IMG/VR virus record: IMGVR_UViG_3300037116_000086
Location: 1-33,439 of that record
Strand: one strand, 5' to 3'
Length of the DNA stretch: 33,439 nt
Source of the DNA: a virus
Taxonomy: Duplodnaviria; Caudoviricetes
Below, one piece after another: positions 17,438 to 25,491 of this stretch (the first letter of the stretch is position 1; each line of letters opens with the position of its first letter). Position numbers and translations under genes: made by a program. Under the pieces are notes generated by a model. That model did no database searches, was not told the DNA's origin, and saw only the letters and a program-made list of their open reading frames with translations.

Positions 17438-17751
17438 CGCAAAGCCCGTTCGATGGCGCCGCTGAGCAGGTCACTGGGCCGCCAGACGAAGAATCGCTCG
17501 GCGAGCACCGCGCCCCAGAGCGCTTGCTGCTGGGTGAGCTTGCCCTTCTCTGTCTTGAGTTCCACGAACATCACCTCTCCCCCGTTCCGCGCCCGCGCCA
17601 GCGTGAGATCGGCGTAGCCCGAGCCCGTGCTTCGCCTGCTGTCGTAGGCGTGGAAGACCAGCCAGCCAAGCGCCCGTGCTGTCGAGATCACGTTCTCTTG
17701 GAGGTCCCTCTCTTTCATGCTCTTGGCGAGGACGGTCTGTGCGTCAGCCAC
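17434..17751 (-). CDS. VRR-NUC domain nuclease (Holliday junction resolvase-like)
   Basis: ERDLQ..VI..AR.LGW..FH..DSRRS..GYADL.L.....MFVELKTEKGKL...Q..W......VWRP; GTG start at 17751. Confidence 0.85.
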   Translation of the reverse strand: MADAQTVLAKSMKERDLQENVISTARALGWLVFHAYDSRRSTGSGYADLTLARARNGGEVMFVELKTEKGKLTQQQALWGAVLAERFFVWRPSDLLSGAIERALR

Positions 17752-17941
17752 GCCGATCCCCAATCCGTCCAGCCCACCACACATACCACCGCTCCATGTC
17801 ACGGTCCCATCTGCGCTTGGCTGTGAACTGGCAGTCGGATGAGTAGTCGCGCAGGCGGTCAGCCACGAGAAGGCCCACGAGGCGTTTGGACCACGATCAG
17901 GAAACAGATGACATTGAGCGCGAGCAAGTACCAGAACGGCA

Positions 17942-18259
17942 TCATGGCTTGGCCTCCAGCTCCGCCAGGGCGGCCCTGGTCTCGCATGGCCATACATCGG
18001 TCCAGCAGGCGTTGCACACAGCATCTATCGTCGGGCTGACCAGCGCGGGGCGGTGTATTCCACGGATTGCCCCCACCACCCCCCGCAGCCGCTCTAGCTC
18101 GGCCAGGAGGCCGTCTATCTCGTCATTCTTTGCCTGGGATTGCCGACAGAACTCATTCCGGCTCGCGCGCACGTCGCTAAGCTCAGCCCGCAGCCGCTCT
18201 ACCTCGGCCTTGAGTGCAGCCCGCTCCTCCCACAGGTCCAGCCGCTCAGCGTCAGTCAT
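17942..18259 (-). CDS. Coiled-coil protein with H...CxxC...WPCET Zn motif
   Basis: ATGA overlap; paralogous C-terminus with 18256-18600. Confidence 0.7.
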   Translation of the reverse strand: MTDAERLDLWEERAALKAEVERLRAELSDVRASRNEFCRQSQAKNDEIDGLLAELERLRGVVGAIRGIHRPALVSPTIDAVCNACWTDVWPCETRAALAELEAKP

Positions 18260-18600
18260 GGCTTGGCCTCCAGCTCCGCCAGGGCGACATGCGTTTCGCA
18301 CGGCCAGTCCACCTGACACGCCTGGCACTCGGTGTACAGCGCGTCCCCGCCGATTGTCGGGACGCTGCCAACGTAGGCGAAGTGGAGCGCGCTAACCGCC
18401 CCCACCACCCCCCGCAGCCGCTCCACCTCGGCATGCAGCGAGTTGATGCAGGCGGTGGGACTCCAATCGTGCTCGGGGTCGTGATCGCAGAATCGGTGAT
18501 AGGGCTCCTCGCAGACGCCACACGGCTCTGCGCGAACCTTCGCCCAGTCAGCGGCGGTGAGAAGCTTGGCGGATTCGTGCTTGTCTAGCTTCTTAGCCAT
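18256..18600 (-). CDS. Zn-binding protein with H...CxxC...WPCET motif
   Basis: Strong AGGAGGAGG RBS; ends ALAELEAKP like its neighbour. Confidence 0.7.
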   Translation of the reverse strand: MAKKLDKHESAKLLTAADWAKVRAEPCGVCEEPYHRFCDHDPEHDWSPTACINSLHAEVERLRGVVGAVSALHFAYVGSVPTIGGDALYTECQACQVDWPCETHVALAELEAKP

Positions 18601-18775
18601 CCCCCTCCTCCTGATGGGCCGGAAGGGCCAAATCAGCCATCGAGAACAGTTCCCGCGAGTCCTGCTGCCATCCGTAGTCCCGCTTGGTCCCCAGGACGAA
18701 GGACAATTCCCTCGCCACGTCGGGAGGCATCCGGTAGACGACCATCCCCGCCTCGAACGAGATTCGCGTTGTCAC
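18593..18775 (-). CDS. Hypothetical protein, 60 aa, ending PAHQEEGDG
   Basis: GTG at 18775 behind an AGGAGG RBS. Confidence 0.6.
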   Translation of the reverse strand: MTTRISFEAGMVVYRMPPDVARELSFVLGTKRDYGWQQDSRELFSMADLALPAHQEEGDG

Positions 18776-18855
18776 TTCCCTTCCTCCTGATGGGCCGGAA
18801 CCGGATAGCCACGACCGTACCCTGGGCAGCGGTATTGAAAGCTGACCTCGGTCAT
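18772..18855 (-). CDS. 27-aa ORF (MTEVSFQYRCPGYGRGYPVPAHQEEGK), possibly a remnant
   Basis: ATGA and GTGA overlaps at both ends; shares the PAHQEEG terminus. Confidence 0.5.
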   Translation of the reverse strand: MTEVSFQYRCPGYGRGYPVPAHQEEGK

Positions 18856-19127
18856 GGGTAAAGCTCCAGCAGACGGCGCAACATCCCCGCCAGGTCGTCA
18901 ACGCCGTAGTCGTCCAGGTTGCCTAGCTGGTAGGCCACTCTTTCCCACGCCTCCTGCTGCTCTTGGGTTCGGTAGCCGGGACAAGAGCGATAGGGCACCA
19001 TCGACATTCGGCAGTCCTTGCAGCCGTCCAGATTGTGCCCGAAGTAGCGCACCATGCCCTTGATCGGAGGGTCGTGTAGTTCTGCGCCTCGCGGGTGTCC
19101 GCATCCGGGGCGAGCGCAGTCAGCCAT
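18852..19127 (-). CDS. Cys/His-rich protein, paralog of 28775-29065
   Basis: CAR..CGH...H...CKDC...CPGYR...QQEAW...RRLLELYP. Confidence 0.65.
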   Translation of the reverse strand: MADCARPGCGHPRGAELHDPPIKGMVRYFGHNLDGCKDCRMSMVPYRSCPGYRTQEQQEAWERVAYQLGNLDDYGVDDLAGMLRRLLELYP

Positions 19128-19779
19128 TACTCTCTGCCATCTCAACCTCCCTCTCGGAACCCAAAGCCAACATGAGCTGCCGACCTACAAACTCGGCGTA
19201 CGCTGGTGGGACGGCCTCTGAGAGTTCGCCTCCGGTCATCCAGTCGATGCCCATGCAGGGAACCCCGACGTAGCTGCCCACGTTCCCAGTGACGCTCACC
19301 AATAGGCCGGCGTCGAGTTGCTTCTTCCGCTTGAAGGTCGAAGTCTTGGGATAGGGACTGTCGTGGAGCGTCGGCTGCATCATCAGCACCGATGACTCAA
19401 ACCGACGGTGCCTGTGGGTCATCAGCCCGAACATCAGCCCACAGAGCACGACTCCGCTATGCAGAGGCGCCGGCATGACGTTCTCTATCACCCACCCGGC
19501 TGAGGTATTGCGCAGACGGCCTCTAACCAGAGCCACCAGATCCGGCCAGTCCTTGGTGGTCTTGGACTTCAGGGAGCTATACGCCTGGCACGGTGGACTG
19601 GCATGGATCGCGTCGAACCCGTCCAGCGGGAGGGTCATCGCATCCGCTTGGATGAACTCGAACGGAAAGTGGGGCTGTGGTTTGATGTCCACTCCCACCA
19701 CCTCGAACCCCGCTCGGCTGTAGCCCATCGCGGCACCGCCAGCTCCGCAGAACAAGTCAAGGAGCCTTGGCTTGCTCAC
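19120..19779 (-). CDS. DNA cytosine-5 methyltransferase (compact phage type)
   Basis: LLDLFCGAGG (motif I), GVDI, HASPPCQ (catalytic PC), ENV, R.R.F and motif X-like EAVPPAY. Confidence 0.9.
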   Translation of the reverse strand: MSKPRLLDLFCGAGGAAMGYSRAGFEVVGVDIKPQPHFPFEFIQADAMTLPLDGFDAIHASPPCQAYSSLKSKTTKDWPDLVALVRGRLRNTSAGWVIENVMPAPLHSGVVLCGLMFGLMTHRHRRFESSVLMMQPTLHDSPYPKTSTFKRKKQLDAGLLVSVTGNVGSYVGVPCMGIDWMTGGELSEAVPPAYAEFVGRQLMLALGSEREVEMAESNG

Positions 19780-20096
19780 CCCTCCTCCTGATGGGCCGGA
19801 AGGATGAGGGCGGCCTTGCGCTTGTCATTCCAGATGGCCAATTCCGCCATAGCCCCCAGCGCCGGGGTCTTGTTGCGCGCCATGTTTAGAACCGCCTGAA
19901 CGCACTCACCGGCAATCGCCATCACCGGAGCAGCTTCACGCAGCAGACTCTCCAGTTCCTTCACCCTCTCTGACAGCCGGTCGGCTTCGGCTATCCACAG
20001 AGCGGTGTCGCAGGGCCACATGTCGCCGCAGCCACAGGCATCTCGCGTTGGCGCGTGCCGTGCTCGGATCTCCTCCAGCTCAGACTTGCTCATCAC
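19776..20096 (-). CDS. Protein with H...CGC...WPCDT motif and coiled coil, ending PAHQEEG
   Basis: GTGA overlaps; same motif family as 17942-18600. Confidence 0.65.
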   Translation of the reverse strand: MMSKSELEEIRARHAPTRDACGCGDMWPCDTALWIAEADRLSERVKELESLLREAAPVMAIAGECVQAVLNMARNKTPALGAMAELAIWNDKRKAALILPAHQEEG

Positions 20097-20518
20097 CCCT
20101 CCCTAGCCTCGATGCGCCGGATGCTCTGCCTCATCGCCACGATGGGGCCGTCAGCCATGTGCGCCCGGGCTTCCTCGTCCCCGAGCGTCGGCTCGTAGCT
20201 GTCGGTGAACCGTCCCCATGCCTCCCACCGCAGCTTGGCCTGGGTCAAGGGAACGCTGCAGTCGTGAACCGCGATGTGGCACTTCCGGTCCAACAAGACA
20301 AGCAGTTCAGGCCGGTCAGCATAGTGCCCAAGTCTCGCACCCGTCCCACCTCGGCCAAAGACGTGGTGGGTGTCTGGGGACTCGGGCAGCTCTCTGCCGC
20401 AGGCAGCGCAGCGCCCGTCCTGCCGCTCCAGGAGCAGCGGAAGCACCTCCCGGCGAGTGGAGGCCCACTGACGGCTTCGCTTGCCCGTCTTTGGGAGTGG
20501 AGTGCGGAGGGCCATCAC
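20093..20518 (-). CDS. HNH-like endonuclease
   Basis: RQDGRCAACG...DTHHVFGRG...LLVLLDRKCH..VH. Confidence 0.7.
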   Translation of the reverse strand: MMALRTPLPKTGKRSRQWASTRREVLPLLLERQDGRCAACGRELPESPDTHHVFGRGGTGARLGHYADRPELLVLLDRKCHIAVHDCSVPLTQAKLRWEAWGRFTDSYEPTLGDEEARAHMADGPIVAMRQSIRRIEAREG

Positions 20519-20856
20519 AGAGAGCCCCGGTCTGAATCGTCGCTCAGCCGGGGCTCCTCATTGACTCCGGCGGTCCTACCGTCACTGTTGTCATCACCCC
20601 CTTTGGCTAACCGCGCCTTCGCTTCTATCAAGACTTCCGGCGTGAGACCAAGTGCGGCGAAGTCTATCTCGGCTTGCCACGTCATCAAGGCGCGGGTCAC
20701 CCTCACTAGCAATTCACCGTATCCGGCCAGGATCATCTGCCGCCGCGAGAGTCCCCCGAATGCCGGGACGGGTCGGTCCAACACCGCGTCCAACCGCTCG
20801 GGCTTGTAGTAGCGGGAAATCTGATCGACGTACTGCCGTTCGGAGCGAAGGCTCAT
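20515..20856 (-). CDS. Protein resembling the Xre/MbcA/ParS antitoxin C-terminal domain
   Basis: LDRPVPAFGGLSRRQMILAGYGELL approximates (W)L..P..ALGG..P..LL..G....V; by-eye match only. Confidence 0.45.
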   Translation of the reverse strand: MSLRSERQYVDQISRYYKPERLDAVLDRPVPAFGGLSRRQMILAGYGELLVRVTRALMTWQAEIDFAALGLTPEVLIEAKARLAKGGDDNSDGRTAGVNEEPRLSDDSDRGSL

Positions 20857-21161
20857 GGCTTCAGTCCCGCCGCCTTGCGATGGTCCGCTGCGTCGGGGCA
20901 GCTGGCAAAGTGACTCTGATACCGGGGCTCGGTCTCGCTCTTATCCCAGGCACACAACCACGGATAGTCGCCCGACTTCGACAGCTCCGGGTCGTAGGGT
21001 TCGGTGCGGCTGGGCAGTTTCCGATAGACCTTCAGCGTCCCGCCAGCGACCGGCTTCCGGCCCAACGGCATCCGAGCCCCGGTGGAATACGTCGTCCAGA
21101 GAAGGGGAGCCCCGCATGACGAGCAGTGGGCTCCCGGCTCACGGTGTCTGATGGTGGTCAC
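20853..21161 (-). CDS. Conserved phage Zn-binding protein
   Basis: CSSCGAPLLW.....GARMPL...P ... YQSHFASCP.A; GTG start at 21161. Confidence 0.7.
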   Translation of the reverse strand: MTTIRHREPGAHCSSCGAPLLWTTYSTGARMPLGRKPVAGGTLKVYRKLPSRTEPYDPELSKSGDYPWLCAWDKSETEPRYQSHFASCPDAADHRKAAGLKP

Positions 21162-21394
21162 GCTCGTCCCTCCACTACCCAACTCAGCCCAACGTGGGCC
21201 GCCAGCGACCGCAGAATCCACACCAGCCTGGTCGGCTCACCGGCCACCAGGACCGCATCATCCGGGGTCGTATCGTCCAGCTCCTCCATCAGCACCCGGT
21301 GCCGAGCCCGCTCCCGCAGCCGGTCGTTCTCGCCCTCCAGGTTGCGGACCCGCCCTTGGAGCCGTTTGACCTGAGCACGTTCACTGGGGGTCAT
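21158..21394 (-). CDS. Small coiled-coil protein
   Basis: ATGA overlap start (MTPSERAQVKRLQGRV...). Confidence 0.6.
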   Translation of the reverse strand: MTPSERAQVKRLQGRVRNLEGENDRLRERARHRVLMEELDDTTPDDAVLVAGEPTRLVWILRSLAAHVGLSWVVEGRA

Positions 21395-22083
21395 GCCCAC
21401 TTGTTCCCTTGCAGGGCGTAGAGCGGACGGTAATACTCGACACCGATCGGACACGGCTCGCCTTTGCGGGCCTTCCCCACACCAGGACTGCTGTAGCTGG
21501 CACACCGAGCACAGACCTCCTCGTGCTGAATCTGGGCCTGAGCCGACGCCAGCTTCCGCCGGTAGTGGGCCACTTCGGCGTCCCTCGCAGATTCCGTGGC
21601 CGATCCCAGGTAGCCGTTCGTCTTTGGGTCGATCCCCTTCTCGGCGCAGGTCACGGTGAGGCATCTCCAGGCCCACTGTAGGTTCCCCGGTGTGTTCCTA
21701 CCGGCGTAGGCGGCTGTGTACTGGCCCTTGATCCGGTCCTCGATGGCATCCCGCTCCAAGGGATCGAGGGCCTGGTAGAGCGCGTTGAAGTCCGGCATCG
21801 CGGACGGCGGGTCGTATTGCTCGGACGGGGGAGAAGACGCCGTGGCTAGCCGTAGGTCCCGAAGGTGGTCCTGCTCAAGCTCGTAGTACGCGATCGTCAG
21901 CCCCGCAATCGACGGGCGGTCAGTGTCCTGGGCGTAGGCGATCACGGCGTCGGCCATCCGGTCCACGTCCTTGTCCGCGAACGCTTTGCCCCAAGCCATC
22001 TCCGCCTCCGGGCTGCTCATCCCCCGTCCCGGCCACGCGCCCAGGATCATGCCCCAAGTCACAACCCACTGTTCGGCGGTCAC
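21391..22083 (-). CDS. Replication accessory protein with an N-terminal G39P-like (helicase loader/inhibitor) domain
   Basis: GTG at 22083; T.EQW......I.GAWP.......AW..AFAD.D......AV..Y.....RPSIA; downstream of the initiator. Confidence 0.55.
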   Translation of the reverse strand: MTAEQWVVTWGMILGAWPGRGMSSPEAEMAWGKAFADKDVDRMADAVIAYAQDTDRPSIAGLTIAYYELEQDHLRDLRLATASSPPSEQYDPPSAMPDFNALYQALDPLERDAIEDRIKGQYTAAYAGRNTPGNLQWAWRCLTVTCAEKGIDPKTNGYLGSATESARDAEVAHYRRKLASAQAQIQHEEVCARCASYSSPGVGKARKGEPCPIGVEYYRPLYALQGNKWA

Positions 22084-22355
22084 GACTCGGTCCACTTGGG
22101 AGAGTAGGCGCGCAGCCACGCTTCCGAGTGCATGACGCGCCAGTCGTGCGCCGCCTTCGCAACCACCCCCGGCGGTGGCGGAAACTCTCGGGCTGCCGTG
22201 GCCAACTCCCGTAGCCCTCCGCGCACTTCTTCCGCCGTGTAATCAGCCCACAGATCGCGCCACGCCGCCGCTACAAGTCCCTCTGGGATCGTGGCCTGGG
22301 ATGGCCAGTAAGCCGCCCAGAGAGTCAGCACACCCTCAAATTCACCGTCCGTCAC
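22080..22355 (-). CDS. G39P-like replicative helicase loader/inhibitor
   Basis: T..EF..VL....AYWP......AW.DL.ADY..EEV..GL.......EFPP; immediately follows the initiator. Confidence 0.6.
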   Translation of the reverse strand: MTDGEFEGVLTLWAAYWPSQATIPEGLVAAAWRDLWADYTAEEVRGGLRELATAAREFPPPPGVVAKAAHDWRVMHSEAWLRAYSPKWTES

Positions 22356-23187
22356 TGATCAGCCCTCCAGCGCGTTCCTGCTGCATGAGCCGCCACGCGG
22401 CTTCCCCCTTGGCGTTGATCCGAGCCATCGCGTCCTGCCCCTTCGTCGGCTTGGAGCCGTTCACCGCGTGGCCCGCCCGTTCCCGCTCGATCTCGGCCAC
22501 TAGGTAGGGCAGCGAGTTCGGTGGCCGGTTGCGGTCCACCATCCGACCAATTGCAGCCGAGATGAGCTCAGGCGCCTTCCGGGCGGCTAGCAGTTCCTTG
22601 CTGGCCTTGCCGACCCTTCCGCAGTCGCTCGGGATCGGTTTGATGCCCACTGCGGCGCTCTTGTCCGAGAACTCGGCGACAAAATCGGCTGCCGTGATTT
22701 CAACGGCGCCGACCGCAGGGAGCGCACAAGCCGAAGTATCTGAAGGCTTAGAAGATCCCGAAGTATACGAAGGCTTAGAAGGCTTAGCCTTGCTGAGCAC
22801 GGCCTGGCCGCGTAAAGGTTTGCCCAAGGTTGGCCCTGGGCGAACCTCCTCGGGATCAGCAAGTTCTGGCCCCGGCAAGACACTGGCTTTCTCTCGCGGA
22901 TGGCAATGCTGGAACTTCTGGAAGTTCCGGATGACAATGAGCGGCACTCCCTTGACGCGGTAGCGGCGGATCATCGACAGGTCCGCTAGGCCCGTCAGCG
23001 CCGTCTCCACGTCCACCCGGTCATACGGGAACAGGTCGACCTTGATGCGCCTTGGACGGTCCTCCAGTCGGCCTTCGCGGTCGGCTGCCGTCCACAGCCC
23101 AGCGAAGAGCAGGCGAGCCTCAAATGGCAGCTCAGCAAGCTCCTCGTTCCGAAAGAAACCCGGATCGAGTGTCCGCTGACGCGCCAT
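22342..23187 (-). CDS. Phage replication initiator (replisome organiser)
   Basis: CAGGAGGGG RBS; MARQRTLDPGFF.NEELAEL...ARLLF.GLW..ADREGR.ED.P.RIK..LFPYD N-terminal family motif; internal repeats. Confidence 0.85.
   Translation of the reverse strand: MARQRTLDPGFFRNEELAELPFEARLLFAGLWTAADREGRLEDRPRRIKVDLFPYDRVDVETALTGLADLSMIRRYRVKGVPLIVIRNFQKFQHCHPREKASVLPGPELADPEEVRPGPTLGKPLRGQAVLSKAKPSKPSYTSGSSKPSDTSACALPAVGAVEITAADFVAEFSDKSAAVGIKPIPSDCGRVGKASKELLAARKAPELISAAIGRMVDRNRPPNSLPYLVAEIERERAGHAVNGSKPTKGQDAMARINAKGEAAWRLMQQERAGGLISDGR
22731..22787. repeat. Iteron-like direct repeats, candidate replication origin
   Basis: ccgaagtat..gaaggcttagaag at 22731 and 22758, plus gaaggcttag at 22778, inside the initiator's linker. 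Confidence 0.6.
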
Positions 23188-23240
23188 CGGCCCCTCCTGC
23201 TGGATTGGTTCTATAGCCGTCACTATACACGGGGAAGCGC

Positions 23241-23438
23241 TCACCCTAGTGTTATACGGCGCCGAACGTGATACCTTTCCCGCGCCCGATAGCGCCAGGC
23301 CTGAGTCTTGCGCAGGGCATCCCTGGCGTGTCTCTGGCAGAGGGAAGCGCCGTAGGCGGGCACCCCACATCGGGTGCATTCGCCACGAGCGCGGCGGGCG
23401 GCGTACAGCGCCTTCATCGCCAAAGACTGGCGGCTCAT
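23241..23438 (-). CDS. Small basic Zn-finger protein
   Basis: RRARGECTRCG......LCQRH. Confidence 0.65.
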   Translation of the reverse strand: MSRQSLAMKALYAARRARGECTRCGVPAYGASLCQRHARDALRKTQAWRYRARERYHVRRRITLG

Positions 23439-23770
23439 CCCGGCACCTCATAGCACTGCCGGAAGGTCTCGTCCGAGTACACGTCCAGATAGGCCGGGTG
23501 CTCGTCTGGGATGACCTCAATCAGCCATCCCCACGGCTCCAGGCGGTCCCAGGCCGCAAGGGCGTGGTCCGTCCGTACCACCACCCACGTCTCAAGTGTC
23601 ACGGTGTGCATGAGGGCCACAATGAGCGACGCAGGATCCTTCCAACGTCGGTCCCCCGCCCAGTTCCGCAGGCCAACGATGCCGGTATCCGTCCCATCCC
23701 ACTGGATCGCCTCAACATCTTCCCGGTGCTTCGGGGGCTCATATGGCCGACGCAGGTAGCGGCTCACCAC
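23435..23770 (-). CDS. Hypothetical phage protein
   Basis: VEAIQWDG...WLI.......Y..ETF.Q.YE pattern seen in a small phage-protein family. Confidence 0.65.
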   Translation of the reverse strand: MVSRYLRRPYEPPKHREDVEAIQWDGTDTGIVGLRNWAGDRRWKDPASLIVALMHTVTLETWVVVRTDHALAAWDRLEPWGWLIEVIPDEHPAYLDVYSDETFRQCYEVPG

Positions 23771-23850
23771 TCGGTCCTCACCTCAACGTCGGGCCAGCCG
23801 GCTGCGGCCAGCGCGTCCAGCTCCGGGATTGGCACGAATCCCGCGGTCAT
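23764..23850 (-). CDS. 28-aa ORF (MTAGFVPIPELDALAAAGWPDVEVRTEW)
   Basis: ATGA overlap; fills the gap between neighbours. Confidence 0.4.
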   Translation of the reverse strand: MTAGFVPIPELDALAAAGWPDVEVRTEW

Positions 23851-24059
23851 CCGACCACTCCCCGGAACCCACTCGGAACCACCGACTCGATCACGCCGGT
23901 GCAGCCGTGCGCCTCCGTCCCGTGGTGGATCGCAGCACCGCCACAGTCCTTCTCGCGGGCGAACGGCGCGGACATCTTGCTGCACGTCGCACAGGCCCAA
24001 AACCAGGCGTCCGGGCCGCCGAACTGGGTCACCCGGAGGACAGTGATAGCGCAGCTCAC
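23847..24059 (-). CDS. Small CxxC...H...H Zn-binding protein
   Basis: WACATC...AIHHGTEAH; GAGG RBS. Confidence 0.55.
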   Translation of the reverse strand: MSCAITVLRVTQFGGPDAWFWACATCSKMSAPFAREKDCGGAAIHHGTEAHGCTGVIESVVPSGFRGVVG

Positions 24060-24283
24060 GCCCCATCCTCTTTAGCAGCTGGTGGATGTTGCTGCGTAGA
24101 TTGACGCCATACCCCCCGGGCAAGGTCCAGTACGAGCTCCGACCGGACCGGCTCCGGGATGCCCTGCCTGCCCAGTTCCAAGTGGTAGGAAGCCAGGACG
24201 GCCACGACCTGCACCATCCCCTTCAGCAGCGCCGCCTTCTCGATGCCGGGCGGGAAGAAGGCGCTCTGGTCCGAGTCGTTCAC
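24056..24283 (-). CDS. Hypothetical protein
   Basis: GTGA overlaps; GGAGGGGAGG RBS. Confidence 0.6.
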   Translation of the reverse strand: MNDSDQSAFFPPGIEKAALLKGMVQVVAVLASYHLELGRQGIPEPVRSELVLDLARGVWRQSTQQHPPAAKEDGA

Positions 24284-24465
24284 CGCCTCCCCTCCAAGGC
24301 CGAGAGCACGTCGTCGAGCGTGTCCTGGGCATCGTGGCCGTGGGTGGCCCCGTAGTCGGCCTGCTTCTGGGCCAGCTCGATCTTCGCCTCCAGTCGGCCG
24401 ATCTCGGCGACAAGGAAGTCGACGGCGTCCCTGGCCTCTTGTGCAGCGTTGTCAACGGGGTTCAC
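24280..24465 (-). CDS. Small coiled-coil protein
   Basis: GTGA overlap with the recT stop. Confidence 0.6.
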   Translation of the reverse strand: MNPVDNAAQEARDAVDFLVAEIGRLEAKIELAQKQADYGATHGHDAQDTLDDVLSALEGRR

Positions 24466-25490
24466 GACCCGTGGCCTGGGGCTGGCGCGGCGTCGAAGAT
24501 GTTGGGGGTGCCCGACTCGTCCTCGGCCGTCCCTTCGTCGAAGTTTTCGATCACCAGGTCTGGTGGGCCAGCCACCTCCGTCGGGGCGGTCGCGAGAGCG
24601 GGCGTCTCGGCGTCAACCGCCGTCGGCGTCTCGCCTCCCAGGTTCAGCCCCTCGAAGCTCTCGTCGTCGATGACGACCCGGTCCGAGCTGATCTCCAAGC
24701 GCGAGACTCGCTCGTCAGCCTGAATGGCTTGGATGAAGTCCGGGCTGGCGGGGAGGTAGGGGCGGGAAAGCCGCACCATCGTCTTGCGGCCCATGCCGTC
24801 GAAGAGCGGGGACGCCTCGAGCGCCTCGTCCTCGTACCACGGGCCGTTCTTGAACTTCTTGGCAGCTGCGAACTGGTCGCGGTGCTTCACCATCTCCTCC
24901 CGGGTCATGTACAGGAAGTGCTCGCCCCCATTGGCATACTTGGCCGAGCAGTAAAACCCGATCGCCTTGCCGCGCAGCCCGCGCGTGGGAGGCTTGTGAT
25001 GCTTCTCGCCTGTCAAGTAATCGAAGCCGAACTCGTCGCCCTCGCAGACCGCGTTGGCGAAGATGTTGGCGATCTGGCCCGACCGCTGCGCCAGTTGGAC
25101 GATGCCGGAGTACCCGAGCATGAACTGCGCCTCGGGGACTTTGTGCCAGGCACCGTTGACCTTGACGCTCTTGTCGTAGGGCAGAATCCAGGCCAGCCCC
25201 AAGGGGGGGCCGGGCTCGAGCTTGAGCTGCGCGCACTGCATCAGGGCCCCCGCGAACGACTCCGGCGTGCAGGCCAGCAGCTTGGGAGTCTGGCGGCAGA
25301 CCGTCAGGGCGATGCGGAGCCAGCGCTCGGCCATCTCCTCGGTGCCCAGCAATCGGGAGATCTGCCGGGTGGTCCTGGGGTCCATCAGGTATCCGGTCAC
25401 CGAGTTGGGCGTCCCTGCCGATGCGTCCGTCTGGGCCACCACGGCGGTGCTCGCCGCCTCGACCCGGCTCCGTAGTTCTGTGTTTGCCAT
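24462..25490 (-). CDS. recT: RecT-family single-strand annealing recombinase
   Basis: PKLLACTPESF.GALMQ.AQL.LEP...LG.AWILPY...EAQFMLGY.G..QLA.RSGQ...V.EGDEF...M.RKT.VR...YLP; AAGGAG RBS. Confidence 0.92.
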   Translation of the reverse strand: MANTELRSRVEAASTAVVAQTDASAGTPNSVTGYLMDPRTTRQISRLLGTEEMAERWLRIALTVCRQTPKLLACTPESFAGALMQCAQLKLEPGPPLGLAWILPYDKSVKVNGAWHKVPEAQFMLGYSGIVQLAQRSGQIANIFANAVCEGDEFGFDYLTGEKHHKPPTRGLRGKAIGFYCSAKYANGGEHFLYMTREEMVKHRDQFAAAKKFKNGPWYEDEALEASPLFDGMGRKTMVRLSRPYLPASPDFIQAIQADERVSRLEISSDRVVIDDESFEGLNLGGETPTAVDAETPALATAPTEVAGPPDLVIENFDEGTAEDESGTPNIFDAAPAPGHGS

Positions 25491-25491
25491 A

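Larger units (their letters stand above)
18602..19803 (-). repeat. Three copies of an SD-containing junction repeat TTCCGGCCCATCAGGAGGA (18602-18626, 18782-18800, 19779-19803)
   Basis: Copies 1 and 3 are identical over 25 bp; copy 2 matches over 19 bp; each lies at a gene end directly before the next start codon. Confidence 0.92.

Noticed and set aside
18602-19803. CRISPR mini-array
   Set aside because: Spacing is long and irregular (about 180 and 1000 bp), the repeats are coding and contain an SD, and there are no cas genes.
19120-20518. Restriction-modification pair (C5 MTase plus HNH)
   Set aside because: The genes are not adjacent, and both are common stand-alone genes in phage early regions.
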